From Dimorphilus gyrociliatus (lineage: Eukaryota; Animalia; Annelida): a DNA stretch of 64,000 bases. Position numbers and translations under genes: made by a program. Location: contig CAJFCJ010000001.1 of the NCBI GenBank assembly GCA_904063045.1, positions 2,728,001-2,792,000 on the forward strand, in the 5' to 3' direction. Shown here piece by piece: positions 13,008 through 26,678 of this stretch (position 1 is its first letter; every line of letters begins with the position of its first letter). The notes under the pieces were generated by a model. That model saw only the letters and a program-made list of their open reading frames with translations, did not search any database and was not told the DNA's origin.

Positions 13008-15765
13008 ATGACTGCAGACGATAGTTTGTATGACCTACCAAAGCCACATGCTAAACTATGCTTTGATATTGAAGACTTTGCTAAAGTATTATTTCATCTC
13101 TTTATATATTATATTATCGCTCATTTTATATTTCAGGCGAATTTTGATGTTGATCAATTTGTGATAGAATGTCGTAGAAAAGTTCCTCTAGAGTCTTTAA
13201 GGGAAGATTTACAAAAATACCTGGATATATTACAGGATTCTATGGTTGAAATAATTAACAAAGATTATGCCGATTTCGTTAGGTTGTCCACTAATTTGGT
13301 GACCCTAGATAAGTCTATTAATGGATTAAAAGATCCTTTAGTGAATATTCGAGAAAAATTAAATGATTCCAATGGTGAATTGGAAGTAAAGGTTTCCGAA
13401 ATTGAAATGAAACTTCAGAAAGAAGATGATATCAGGGAGAAAAAAGTATATATCTTTTATTAATTATATTTATAGAATGCAATTATACTCTTTCTTAGAA
13501 TTTAATAAGGCGACTTATGAACATAATGAGCTCGGTCGAAAATATTGAGGGACTACTTGGTTTAGAAGAAAATGGCACAATTTCCGAAAATGAACTGTAA
13601 GAGTTTTTATTTAATTAATAAAATAAAATAGTTTCTGTTATCGCACGTTTAAGCATCACAAACGATTATAAATTGGAGAGGGTCGCGTCAATATTCAACA
13701 AACTGCAGTTCGACGTCAACCAGTGCAGAAATTGTTCCTTGGTGCAAAATTTAAGACCTGTAAGTTAATCTGGTAGAAAATTATTTAAAAGAGTTAGATA
13801 TAAAGCTCTGACATTAATATTAATATTATCTTTATCGTTCTTGTCATTTTTAGAGGATTAGTGCCATAACAAGCGCTCTTCAATCAAATTTGGAGACTGC
13901 TTTACACCAGAGTCTAATGTTGAACGATGTTGCTGTGATAAGAAAATGTCTAAGAACATACGCCCTTATAGATAAATGTAAAGATGCAGAAGAGCTCTTT
14001 CAGTCAGCCATTGTGTCACCTTACTTTGAAAAGGTTTAGATATTTAGTGCAATTTATCTTTAAATTAAAAAAATTCTTAATTGATCCATTTTTTTAGGTC
14101 ATTACAGAGGAATACATTGCTAATAATCCAAGAGGTCTGCAAGTTGTCTATGAAAGTATATTAAACTTTATTCCAAAACATTGCAAGAGCGTTAGAGAAG
14201 CCGTTATCGGACCAAAAGATGAAAATGCTCATATTCCAGGATTTGAATTTGTAGTAAATGCCGTTTGGCCTGAAGTAATTGGTCGAATTCTCGAAGATCT
14301 GACGTCAATTTTTAATGCTGGAAATCCAGAAAGATTTTTTGAGGTTGTTTTGTGTTTATCATAATGTGACACATTTTATTTCTTGTAAAAATAACTAAAT
14401 GATTATGTGTTATACAGAAATATACTCTAAGTATGGAATTTGTAACAAATTTCGAAAAGCATTGCTCTTCTCAACAATCAGTGAAAAAGTTACGAAGTTC
14501 TCCAGCATATCAGTCATTTATGAACAAATGGAGCTTACCAGTTTATTTTCAAATAAGGTGATTTAATCTTAATCATAAAATTAGATTTCTTAATGGCTAT
14601 TAACTATTAATATTTTTCATAGATTTCAAGAAATCGCTGGTCAGTTGGAGGGTGCAATAGAAAGTAATAATAATGAAATGGTCAAAGAAGGAAAATTCTA
14701 TTTGAAAATTACAGAAAGTCTCTGGCATTGTTTGAGCAGATGTTGGGCAGGCGATGTTTTTGTACCGAGTTTAGTTCATAGATTTTGGAAGTTTACTCTT
14801 CAATTAATATCTCGATATAGCTCTTGGATGGAAAGTGCCTCTGGTGATGAAACAATTTTAACACTAATAACAGTTGATGCTTTCTCTTTAATCGCAAAGG
14901 TAAACATAATTTTAATCTATTGAAAACAAAACAATTAGAATTTTTACCGTTACTTGATAAATAAAGCTTCCTTCATTCTACCAAACCAAAATTCTCCCGC
15001 GACTTCTGGCTCTGGGCCTGAATGATTATAAGCAACTCGAAAAATCTCTTAACTGCTGTTATGAAAGTTTAGATGAAAAAGCAAAACTTTTATTGAATAA
15101 GGTACAAAGAATTGTTATAAACAAAAGCTCGGAGCAGTTAAAGAGTGTTAATGAGTTACCTCGCCTGTATAGACGAACAAACAAAGAAGTAAGTAAATAT
15201 TTTATTTGCTTTAACTTTTATTGAATTGACTTTTTCCTTTCATTATAACAGGTACCTACGAAGCCTTCGAAATATATTACTACATTTTGTAACATTCTAA
15301 CTGCTTTTGTCAATAAAGCTGCAACCTTTCTCCCAGAAGAGAAAAAAAAGAGTGTTATTTTAGAAATTATACTAGAAATATCCAATCAGTAAATATAATA
15401 CTTTATCATTAAGTAAATATCAATTTGTAAAAACATATCTCTATTATAGATTTGAACTGGTAACGGATGAACTTCTTGTATCCGTTAAGAAAACAGAAGA
15501 AAGTCTAAGAAGACTTAAAAGAAAAACTCGCGCTAATACTTCGCCAGGAAGCATATCGGATGATGATAAAATTCGCATGCAAATTATTTTGGACATTGAC
15601 TCATTTCGCGTTCAGGTTGTTTTATATTTATGTTATATCAAATATGTATCTTCAATTGTAAATTGTTCGTTTTTTTTTAAACAGGCCAAAGAATTTGGCG
15701 CAGAGAGTCAAATTGAAAATTTATCAAAGTTATCGGATAGGGCGAAATCTGATATGACTAGTTGA
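13008..15765 (+). CDS. COG2: Conserved oligomeric Golgi complex subunit 2 (about 12 exons)
   Basis: N-terminus LCFD..F...FDVDQFVIECRRKVPLESLREDL...SMVEIINKDYADFVRLSTNLV is the COG2 signature. C-terminal SDDDKIRMQIILDI motif is present. Short GT-AG introns link the ORF-track fragments. Confidence 0.92.
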
Positions 15766-16532
15766 TAGAACAATAACTATTCAAATGAAAACTGTACATA
15801 TTAGGAAATTATTTTTCCAAAAAGCATGAAATTAATTCAATATTATTAAAGAAGCGGGAAATTTAAGATGGAATAATAAATATACTCCTATTCTTATTTG
15901 AGAATAAGAAAATTTAAATTTAAAATGATTTAAGCTGCAAAAATATTTACATATTTTTATTTAATAATCCTTTTGAAGTCTTTGAAAAAGATTGAAACAC
16001 GAAAGAAAATAGTTAATAAAGTCTTAGACAACAATAACAAGAGTGCGTTTTAAATAGAAACGTCTTGAAAATTATATAAACAATATCTATTGGCTTCTTT
16101 GTTGGATATATTGCTGTAACTAAGGAAAGTACGTGTTTGCTCAGACTATTGTTTAAGTACACAAACAGATGGAGAAAAGGCTAAAAATACCAAAGACAGG
16201 TCATATTAATTTTTGTATTTGTCATAATTGATAAGCATATGACTTGGAAATGCTGATAAATAAATACTGAGTAATAAATATTTACCATAAATTACCCAGA
16301 GTAATCATAACAAAGTCGCTATGAGATGGTAACTTTAGCAGCTTTCTGAATAAGATTGTTTATGATATATTTAAAGTTAAGCTTATTGGAAAAAGTCGTG
16401 TCGTGTAAATATAAACATACACAAAACTCTTCACATGCAATTGAACATAGTTTAGTTAATTTTTAAAAATTTCTTGTTTACCGGAAACTTTTCCAGCGAA
16501 AAATGGTAGAGATGGACAATTTCTAAAAAAGC

Positions 16533-17110
16533 ATGGCTACTCCTAGCGAGAAGCGCGAAGAAGAACAAGATCAACCAAAGGACTCTACAGAATCCGTTGA
16601 CTTGCCAGATAAACGAAAACGAAATTTACTTGAGTTTGAAGATGTTCCGCGTTAGTAATTAAGATTGATATTCTTTTTAAAACAAATTCATTTATGATCT
16701 AATAATTTACATCCATTATCGCTCATTTTATTTAGCTATTAAACAGAAATTAAATCTTAAATACAAGGAAAAACCTAGTTGCCTTAAAACAAGAAAATTA
16801 CCGGAAAGTTCGGGTAAGTTAATTCTGTACTTAAATCATGTAGAAATACAATAAGCCTTTAATTACAGTATTATCAAAAGTTAAAGCTTTTCTACCAACT
16901 TTCAAAGCTGATAATGAAAAGATTTTATCAAATGCCGAAGAGCATCAAATAGAAAGTCGAGAAGAGGATGAAAAGGTTATTGAAATGAACATTGCTTTGT
17001 GCGAAATGAATAGTAGTGACGAAGAATCTGATGAAAACGTACAAAGTAGTTCTTTAGACAGTTCTTCAGATGAAGAAATGCAACCCAGAAAAAAAATCGA
17101 AGAATTATAA
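16533..17110 (+). CDS. NOPCHAP1: NOP protein chaperone 1 (C12orf45/DUF4598-like); not in ORF track
   Basis: Three exons: about 16533-16650, 16736-16814 and 16870-17110. Spliced product MATPSEKREE...SSVLSKVKAFLPTFKADNEK...KVIEMNIALCEMNSSDEES...KKIEEL resembles human SPLLDQVQTFLPQMARANEK / KVIQMDVALFEMN / KIEVL as recalled. Confidence 0.8.
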
Positions 17111-17287
17111 TATTAATAATTGCTTTTAATTGTTGATAAAATGTTGTAAAGATAGTTATATTCCTTATTATTTTGGAGCAGGGATGATTTAATAGTTATT
17201 CGTAGATAAACGTTTGATAATTATCACATAACTACACAGCAGGATTTTACAATAAGAGTTTCATAAAAGAAATTAATGTTCATTAAC

Positions 17288-18609
17288 CTATGACTGAGCA
17301 ACAGCAACAGCTTCACTTGTTTCTTTATCGGATTTTTCATCTTTTACCTCAGGAAAATTTGGCTTTCTTAATGTCCTATAAACTGGTTGCGTCGAAGGTA
17401 ACCAGCTTGGTACTATTTTACCATGAATTCTCCAAATACCATATTCATTTGATAAATGTTTTTCGAATACAACATAATCTAGAACGTCTCTAACCATATT
17501 TTCGGATCCGTACATTAATCTATAAGTTAAAAGTTGTGTACATTTTGATGAACCAAAAAAATTACAATTTCTTACCTTCCAAATCTATCATAAACAGCTA
17601 AAGTTTGACGAGTATGAAATCTTACTGTTACTTGACCATAAACATTATCCTTAGATAACATATCTAAGGTTCTGACATGAACAACTCTGGGAGGCTCAAG
17701 GGATTCGATAAAATCCCATTTAACCGTTTTCAAATTAAAATTCCAAGTTAACTCCTAAAGTTTATTTAAGAAAAACAAGGTTATTTGGAAAGCATCGCTG
17801 ATTTTAATCGAAATTTATTGAATGAAAAATAAAGAACTTACTGGATAGGCTTTTTCAGAAACTAATTCGTGTAATTTTTCTTCATTGGCCTTAATGCTGT
17901 TAATTTTAGTTAAACGGCTTTAGAAAAACATGGAGAGAAATAATTGAAAACTTACTCATTTAAACAGAAATTAGCCTCTTTATAAATTGCATCAGCTATA
18001 TCGGGAAAAGTCTTAACGTTAAAGTCTTCGTCGAATTGACGAATTTTCCTAGTTTGCATGTAGCTCTTTCCTTTTTTTTCAAATTCAGTAAACTTTTGCT
18101 TTGTACCCTCTCCAGAGAGCAAGCTGGATCTTCCGTCTCCCTCTGGTGGAACGTATGGTTCAAATATCGTACCACTCGCAGATATGGTTAAATCTTTCTC
18201 CTTAAATGTTCGAGGGGGAGGTTGACCAGTCTTTTTAGTATGAGAACGTAGCTCCTCCATCGTCATATTTGACTCTCGGCGTAATTTGTCGTAATCGGGC
18301 TTGTCGATTTTATATGTCTTTTGCCATCTCTCTTTACGGAACTTTGGATTATAGTGCTTGTCTAGGACAGCCGTGGTATGAATACAGGCATTACTGGATT
18401 TATGTCCCTGAGGATGAGCGATAAAAGAGTTTAAATAGGATATTGCTGCTTTAGTAAAATAAATCGCGAGTAATTTTAAACAAATTATACTTGCAGAAAA
18501 TTTTACAAATAATATTATATAAACATGATAATCTGTTCAAAAAACAAAGACTTACTCGTAGTGTTTGGTCAAAAATCCTGCGAGATAAAAGTCTCACATG
18601 GAACGCCAT
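17288..18609 (-). CDS. MRPL45: Mitochondrial ribosomal protein L45 (Tim44-like domain)
   Basis: Start [18 protein letters not shown] (mitochondrial presequence-like). Contains [38 protein letters not shown] and [19 protein letters not shown]...WRIHGKIVP. Confidence 0.93.
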
Positions 18610-18823
18610 TTTAAACTAAATTGTGTCTGTAGTTATGGACTTTGCAAGTATTGCTTTTCGGTAGTAGATTGTTCTATTATCGCCAATACTAAAAGCTTAT
18701 TTAATGATACAAAATAATAAAGCGTTCAATTTTTAAATAGAAAACTACACATTTTTTTATTTTGACTATGACTTGTGTAACCGAACGAAACATGATTACA
18801 TATTTCAAGTTTCAAAGATAATT

Positions 18824-18894
18824 GTTCCTATAGCAATTGCCACATTTATAACCGGGGATCTGCCTTTGAGCATGCGCAGTTTAACCATAGCAAC
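18824..18894 (+). promoter_or_regulatory. RFX X-box-like sites plus an NRF1-like site in the MRPL45/DNAI2 bidirectional promoter
   Basis: GTTCCTATAGCAAT (18824-18837), CCATAGCAAC half-site (18885-18894) and GCATGCGCA (18870-18878). Confidence 0.55.
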
Positions 18895-18975
18895 AAAGCG
18901 GGTACATAGTTACCTGAGCATACTATCCCAATTTGACTGTTGTTAATAAGAAATTTCAAAAAATAAACTAACAAT

Positions 18976-21900
18976 ATGGAAATTCAGTACGTTTATACTA
19001 AGAAACGTGCTGATTTCGGAAGACAATGTATATTTCAAGATAGAGCAGCCGAGTTGCATGTTGACATAGCACCAGATTCCTCCCTTTTGGATGATTTTAT
19101 CGAAAGGGACCCTGTAGATTCTGGAATACAATGCGTACAGGAAATGAGCGAACATGATGTTAATACAGAAAGGTTTGAAACAGATTCTCGAGGAATAAAC
19201 CATGCCGAAGGTGGTTGGCCTAAGGATATAAATCCAACGGTTAGATTTCATAACTTTTTTCCATTACAAAAAGATATAGAAAACAATAGAAAGAAACGAA
19301 TCTGAAAGAGTTTACTGATAAAGTTAATTTCTATTTAAACAGGAAATTGAACAAGTAATGAGGTTCAGGAAGAAAGTTGAAAAAGATGAATCTTATGTTA
19401 ACATTCTAAATAGTCTATTTCCACAAGTTGAAAAGATGGTTATGCAAAACAATGCAGTAGATATATATGAAGAATATTTCGTTGATGTTGATGCAGCTGA
19501 AAGTGAAGAGGTACCATCAGCCAAGACCATAAGCGTTTTTAGAGATCCTAATGACGATAAGAGATCAGCTACTCATATATCATGGTATCCCGACGGTGCT
19601 AGGAAATTGGCTATTGCATATTCTAATCTTGAATTTCAAGGTTCAGCTCCAGATATTTGCATGGATTCATATATTTGGGATATTGAAAATCCTAATAAAC
19701 CAGAATTTACATTAAAACCAGTATCACCATTAGTTTGTTTAGAATACAATCCAAAAGATTCGCACGTTTTGCTTGGAGGTCAATATAATGGACAAATTGC
19801 CTATTGGGATACTCGAAAGGGATCTCAACCAGTAGAAATGTCACCAATCGAACATAGTCATAGAGATCCCGCTTATAAAACAATATGGATTCAATCTAAA
19901 ACGAATTCAGAATGTTTCTCAGCATCATCTGATGGACAGGTATTTATATTTTTATTCCATAAAGATTCTCCTTTAATGCATTCATATTTAGATTCTGTGG
20001 TGGGATATCAGAAAATTAGGAGAGCCTACCGAACAACTTTGGCTTGATCCTACAAAGAAACAAGATAAAAGCAAAGCACTTGGAGCTATGAGTTTGGAGT
20101 ATGAACCGACAATCCCTACTAAATTTATGGTTGGAACAGAGAAAGGAATGATCATGTCTTGCAATAGAAAAGCTAAAACAATTCAGGAAAAGATAGTTGC
20201 TACCTATCCTGGTCATCTGGGTCCTGTTTATTCAATACAACGTAATCCCTTCTTCCCAAAGAACTTTTTAACAATTGGAGATTGGACTGCAAGAGTTTGG
20301 TCAGAGGACGTGAAAGAATCTTCAGTTTTATGGACCAAATATCATACATCTTATTTAACAGATGGTTGCTGGAGTCCCGTAAGACCATCTGTATTTTTTA
20401 CCACAAGTATAGGTGGTACTTTAGACGTATGGGATTTCTCTTTTAAACAAAACGATCCAACCTTATCTTTACACGTGTGCGATGAAGCCTTACAAACACT
20501 CAGAGTCCAAGAGCACGGACGATTAGTTGCAACTGGATCTCAAAAGGGTACAACAACTTTACTGGAGCTTTCAGATAATTTGTCTAATCTTCAAAGAAAC
20601 GAAAAACAACTTGTTACAGCCATGTTTGAGAGAGAAACTAGACGGTAATTACTTAAGACATCCTATTTCATCTTTTATCTTATTATTGAGAGAATTATTT
20701 GTACAGAGAGAAGATTCTAGATTCCAGACATAGAGAGATGAAGTTGAAAATGAGAGAAGGAAAAGCATCGGCCGAACAGAAAGACGAAGAAAAAGAAGAG
20801 GGAGTAGACGGCGAAGTAGATCTTGTCGCCGAAGCTGAGAAAGAATTTTTTGAGATTATTGAAAAAGAGCAAAGAAATAGAGAAAAAGCTAAGCAAAACG
20901 AAGAAGAGAAACAGGATGAGAGAAAGGTTAATTTTATATATTCCCAAAAATCTATAACGAGTAGATGATTCATCTATATTAACCTTTAGTAATGCTTATT
21001 ATATATCTTATATAATTATTAGGCGAGTCCGATTGCTGAAGAGGACGAAGAGGAAATTAATTCTGGAAGGGTAAGCTTTTAGAGACTTCCTATCTTTAAT
21101 TTTCTTTCTTTGTTTTTTTTTGCGTTGTTTTCGTAAAACTAAAAACGAAACAAAGGTTCTTTTTGGCACTAATTAAGAGATATTTTGTGTTAAATTTTGC
21201 CTTTGATAATATTGTGCTAGAATGAGATAAAACAAGATTTAGAAAAGGCTGATACCGAAAGGAGCCAAAAAGAGGAAAATCCTAATGAAGAGCTTGAGGA
21301 AGATGAAAAGAGAGAAGTAGAACTATCTGAGGATTTTGATGAGAAGCATAATAATGAACATGAAAATAAAGAAAAGGAGGATGAAATAGAGGATAAAAAG
21401 TCTCAAGTAGATAATGAAAATTATTCAGAGAAGGATGTGCAGGAAGATGAAAATAAGTCAGATGATGGAAGAGAATCAGTTCAAGTAGGCCCATAAAAGA
21501 AGCACACCTTGCTTGCAAATCATACTTGTAGACTAAGCTTATTTAGTATTTCCATTCCGCCATCTAAGTAGGGAAAGCGTAATAGATAATGCATAAATAT
21601 TTAGCACACATTAATAATATATGACCAACTTTTATTATATAGTTGAGTAGTTCTTGAGTAATAGAATACCGATAGGAGAGAAATCAAGACTAAGACGATG
21701 CCTAATGTTTATGCATGATAAAGAAAAAAAAATCACTTTAAGATATGAAAGTCACACGATATTTCACCGAATTGTTTTTTTTTGTCTTTGTATGTTATTT
21801 TTTTCCTTCCTTTCTCTTTTTACTTTCTTTATGTGGGTCACCTACTTAACTTTAAAGAAAGCAATAATTTAGGGTTCAGAATCCTCAATTTATTCAAGTG

Positions 21901-23951
21901 ATCACGTTCAATTTAAAAGAGTAGGTATCTATATTATGTAACACTTGAAGACAATTTATCCCTGTAAACCTTTCAAATGAATTGGTGAATATTTTAAATC
22001 AATCATTCATGTTACAGTCCCCTAAAGCGACTATTCGTAAATCACCCGGATTATTTAGTATTATTAATGAGGTATTTTATAGTATTTTGTTAAGGCTAGT
22101 TAATTATTTAGGTATTTCTTAAGATATTGTAAATTTAATGAAGATAAGAGATCAATTATTTATAGATTAAATTGCCTAAACAGATAATCTATTTCGTTTT
22201 AAAAAAGCTAAGTGTTGAAATAAGTTTGCTCATGATCTATTTAGCTGGGTTTTTTTTTATGTTTTCTTCTCTATCTTTTAAATTCATTCCGTTCGTTAGT
22301 ATTCCATTCTCTATATCCATCCTCCTCCAATCACCTCCCGCTTACTAGTAAAAAAAAACATTAGACACTTAAAATAGAAGAAAAAATGATGTAAAAAAAA
22401 AAAAACAAGGAAACAGCAACAGTACCCTTAGGGAGTGTTTAGTTGCAGCACTTTTGAATGATATAGAACAAGAAAAAAAAAACTAATGAGATGTTTACTT
22501 TGTAATCATTGTCACTAGAAAGAAACAATATACTCTGATGAAGAATTCCATAGGGAAGAGGATGAAGATGTTAGTGAAGCCCGTCTAGAGGATGTACGTT
22601 TATAGATTTCATTTAAAGCAGTAAATACATCTAGTACTACTCCTTTCTTTTTTCTTTCTTTGTTGTCTATAAACGCGAACAACAGTACGAGGCTGGAAGT
22701 CTAATGGTATCTATCCATTGTTCATAAATGTAACAAATTATCATCCGATTCCCAAAGCCCTTTCCAATCATGAACCGTTAATAGTATTCAACACATTTAT
22801 TACTTGTATTTTCAATTAAAAATCTCTAGCCAAAGCAATTTTTCGCAGTCAGGCAACGAAATTGAAAAAGGAATAAAAAGAGAGAAGGAAACCAATGATG
22901 AATACGAAGAGGATTTTAATGTATATAAAAACTAAATATGTATCATCTTACACCTATCAACTATAGATTGTAATTTTATATAAAAAGCCTATTAGATAAA
23001 AGAAATCTGCATTTTTGCACTTAATCTACTCATTGAAATCAGTAAACAGAGATAACAGAAATATAGAGAATGAAAAAGGGTTTTTAGATGATGAAAACAA
23101 GAATAATATTTCTTTTAAAAGTTAATAATAGTACTCAAAATGGGAGAAGATGATAAGAAATTTCTTTCTATTGTCCTTTTTTAGCTAAAACATAAAGAAT
23201 TTAGGATGTTTTAATTCAATTAAAAAAGAGATTGAAGAATAGCGCTTTGCTGTATTTCGATAGTATTGTTATTGTTGTAGTTTTTAACCTTATCTATAAT
23301 ATTTACCTATTTTATCTATTTATTTGTCAATTTATCCACTGAATATCTTATTCTTTAGAAGAAAAAATTTTAAGAATAAGATGAACAGAGAGAGAAAGAT
23401 TTCTGTTTTCTCTTTCTCCTACCCTGCCCTGTTCTTCCCCCTCTCCTTCTCTATTTCTTCCATTTATAGATAATTGTTTCATCTTTTTTTTAACTATTAA
23501 TTATGCAAGCTAATCAGAGCTGTCTATGCTTTAATAGTTTACAGCAGTTTAAGTAAAATGCACTGGCTTATTTATATAACCTGCCATATATCAACCTTTT
23601 TTATATAGTAATGGTGTATGTATTTGTGTCTATACACATCCCTGTCTGCGTATAAAATTGTTATTCAGGTCACAATTGCTCTTCCAAAGTACCTATGTTT
23701 TTTCCCATAGAAGAAAAAAGGTTACACAAAAAATCAAATGATGCTATTTTTAGATAAAATTAATAGCTTTTGTCATATTTTTAATGTTAATTTTTCACTA
23801 AGAGCCGTTCATTATATATATATATATATAAATTTATATTAACATTAAAATTTTTTATCATTTTTTATCCTTAAACAACAAAAAGGAAAAAGCCGAAGAA
23901 GAGGATACGAAAGAAAATAAGGAGGATGACGATAACGAAAACAATGAATAA
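18976..23951 (+). CDS. DNAI2: Axonemal dynein intermediate chain 2 (IC69/IC70) with an extended acidic C-terminus
   Basis: Core exons 18976-19239, 19343-19939, 19992-20644 and 20707-20926: [30 protein letters not shown] and WD40 repeats. Tail exons inferred at 21023-21070, 21221-21484, 22519-22593, 22849-22920 and 23886-23951. The 3' end is less certain. Confidence 0.93.
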
Positions 23952-24731
23952 TAATTCATAATTAATAATAAGAATGATAATGAAAAGGACAATTTTTAAT
24001 AAAGTTTTTCTTTTTCTTTTTTTTCATATTCAAATGTTTCATTTTAAATAAAATGCTGAATTGTTCAAATTATATTCATATTTATAAGAAAAATTTTATA
24101 ACAGTACTCACAAGTATTTCTTTTCAATACAACAGAAGCATATTAGTATATACAGTATTAAAAACAGACTTTAAAAATATACAATTATTGATTGGGAAAC
24201 ATTATAAAAAAAGAGACGAAACAAAAATAAATAAACAATAATAATAATAGAAAGTATAACGGAAGTTTTCAGATATATTTTTATAAACAAAAGATAAAAC
24301 CAGAGTTTTGTTCACTTAAACTCCTTTTATATGTCATGTTAGTTGATTGCGGTAAAAATAGTATCAAATGGATAGTTAATAGGCCTATATAATAATATAT
24401 TTTATGTAAAAGCATAGACACAACATATACAGTATATTATTTTTAATTGTTTATCTCAATTTTGTAAATAGTAGTTCTTTAAACTTTTATTACCATATGA
24501 CAATTGAAAGACTGCGGGCATTATTTACTGACAAACTAGACCTATAACTGCAATATATAAATTTTATGAATATTCATATTAAACAGGATTTATAAATACA
24601 TACAAATATATATTATATATCTATATATTTATACAGATTGTATATGAAATTGTTATTTTTTATCTTTTGACAAACTTCTTTCACTCTCTCTCTCTCTCTT
24701 TCTCCTGCCTCTTTCTTTCTCTTCTACTTTC

Positions 24732-25511
24732 TTAGTTAATTTCATACGATCGTAACTCGTAGGTTTTTTCGTCTTCAACTTCGCAACATCTGTCAAATCG
24801 GTGTCTCTTTTGCCTATTCATTATACAATTTGAAAAATGGCTCATAATTTGTTTACCCCAACTTTCACGCTTCATTGAAATTGAATAAATAATAATTAGA
24901 TGAAATAATGAAAAAATAGTTTAAATAACACTGTTACCTCTTGTAAAGTTTTTCTTAAAGAATCTTTTATTTGTCTATTAACGATTAAATGAGCAACAGT
25001 ATCTTTATAATATCGAGCGTCGCAGAGGAATCCTTTGAAACCTGCTAATTGTCCTAGCATACAACAGGACCAGTGGTGTTTTGGTACTTCTGTTATGGTA
25101 AATGAATAAAAAATAGAATACTCTTAAAAGGATACGATAAAAGGCTTACTTTGAAAATACCTAACCATTTCCTGTGGCGGAATTAATGGCTGTAAATTTT
25201 CTCCCTCGAGTTTTTGTAAATTCTCAGAATTGGTCGTAGCCTCCATTAAATATTCTGTAGAATTTTTATTAATTTATATTAACAATATTTATAATATGTT
25301 TGTCAAAATATTAGATGTAGGTATATATATATATATATATAGTATATATATATAGCTTGCTTTTTCTCTAACACTAACGATTGTAATTTTTCTTACCTCC
25401 GAATGATGAAAAGTAGACGCCTCTTCTACTTCCGCCTACACTTTTTGGATCTATCTTTTCAATATGCAAGGAAACTAACAATAAAGCTGCTAGTACGTGG
25501 AGAGGCTGCAT
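24732..25511 (-). CDS. Small secreted protein (169 aa) with a CC-C-C-CC anaphylatoxin-like Cys pattern; not in ORF track
   Basis: Four exons 25511-25397, 25254-25150, 25089-24938 and 24869-24732 have GT-AG borders and matching phases (1,1,0). Signal-like MQPLHVLAALLLVSLHIE, then WSCCMLGQLAGFKGFLC...FSNC...FDRCC. Confidence 0.8.
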
Positions 25512-26641
25512 ATTTCTGAATGTCAGAAAAATTCAGATTGAACTGAAAAGAAATCAGATATTTTTTTTTCCTTATAGGCCGAAAGTACTTAATTTTTGGT
25601 AATTAACACGGACGCGCCACTTATCAGGAGTCTTATTTTAACCAATCAGAATCGATCAATTGGAATAGTACGACTATTGAATATTTATTAACAGGGCTAA
25701 TTGAATACACATGTTGTTTTGTCTTTGTTTTAAAATAAGGTGAGGCCCCTATCCGATATCTTTTAAGGGAGGAATCCTTTTCTAATTTTTAATATAGAAA
25801 GAGAAATCTAAAAAACAATCTGTCATTCTGTCATTCTGTCTCGCAAAAATATGTTCTATGTTTTTCTAATTATTTTGTCTCTTTTTTGTTGTCTTCAAGT
25901 AAAACTAAAACTTATTTTTTGGTAACCTTTGTTTTTTAAAAAAAAAAGAACAACAACAAACAAAGAATAACTACAAACATACATAGATAGAGAGCTAAAT
26001 GGATTGACAGAAAAAAGGAAATAAAAAAGATAACCATATATTTACATTATAGGATTTTCAAATCTTAAGTCGTCTTTTTTTTAATTTATCCCATTCCATC
26101 TTCTTTTCCTACTTTCTTTCCCCTTTCTTACCGATGTTAATTGATTTCTTAATAAAAAAGAAAAACATTAAAGATAGGTTATTTATATACCTTTTATAAA
26201 AAAATGCATTGAAGAATAATGAATCTATTCAAAGAGACAGGAAAGCGATTAGTAACAATCAGCACTATTTATTCTACTATTAAATATTTAAAACCTTCAA
26301 TGAAGCTAACCGTTACTGTTCCTCATAGGCCTAGATTTACCCAAGGAGAAAATATAAAATATTACATAATAAATGAACAACCTTTCCTGAAAAAAAAGAG
26401 AAAAATTACAAATTTGTACTTTCTTGTATCATATCTTTTTCATGTTCATAAAGGTTAAAGGCAAGGTAGAGCACACACATACACAGACACACTAAATATA
26501 TTTATATGTACATACACACTGTGTTTTTAATGGATGTCACACTTCTCTTTAAGTAAAAAGATTCCTTTGAAATTGTTGAAAAGGGAAATGGAAATCAATT
26601 GACTTTCAATTCATTTCTTTATTTCTTTCTCTTTCTCTCTC

Positions 26642-26642
<1 letters not shown>

Positions 26643-26678
<36 letters not shown>
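26643..26678. repeat. (CTGT)n tetranucleotide microsatellite
   Basis: About nine tandem ctgt units inside a CT-rich tract. Confidence 0.9.
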
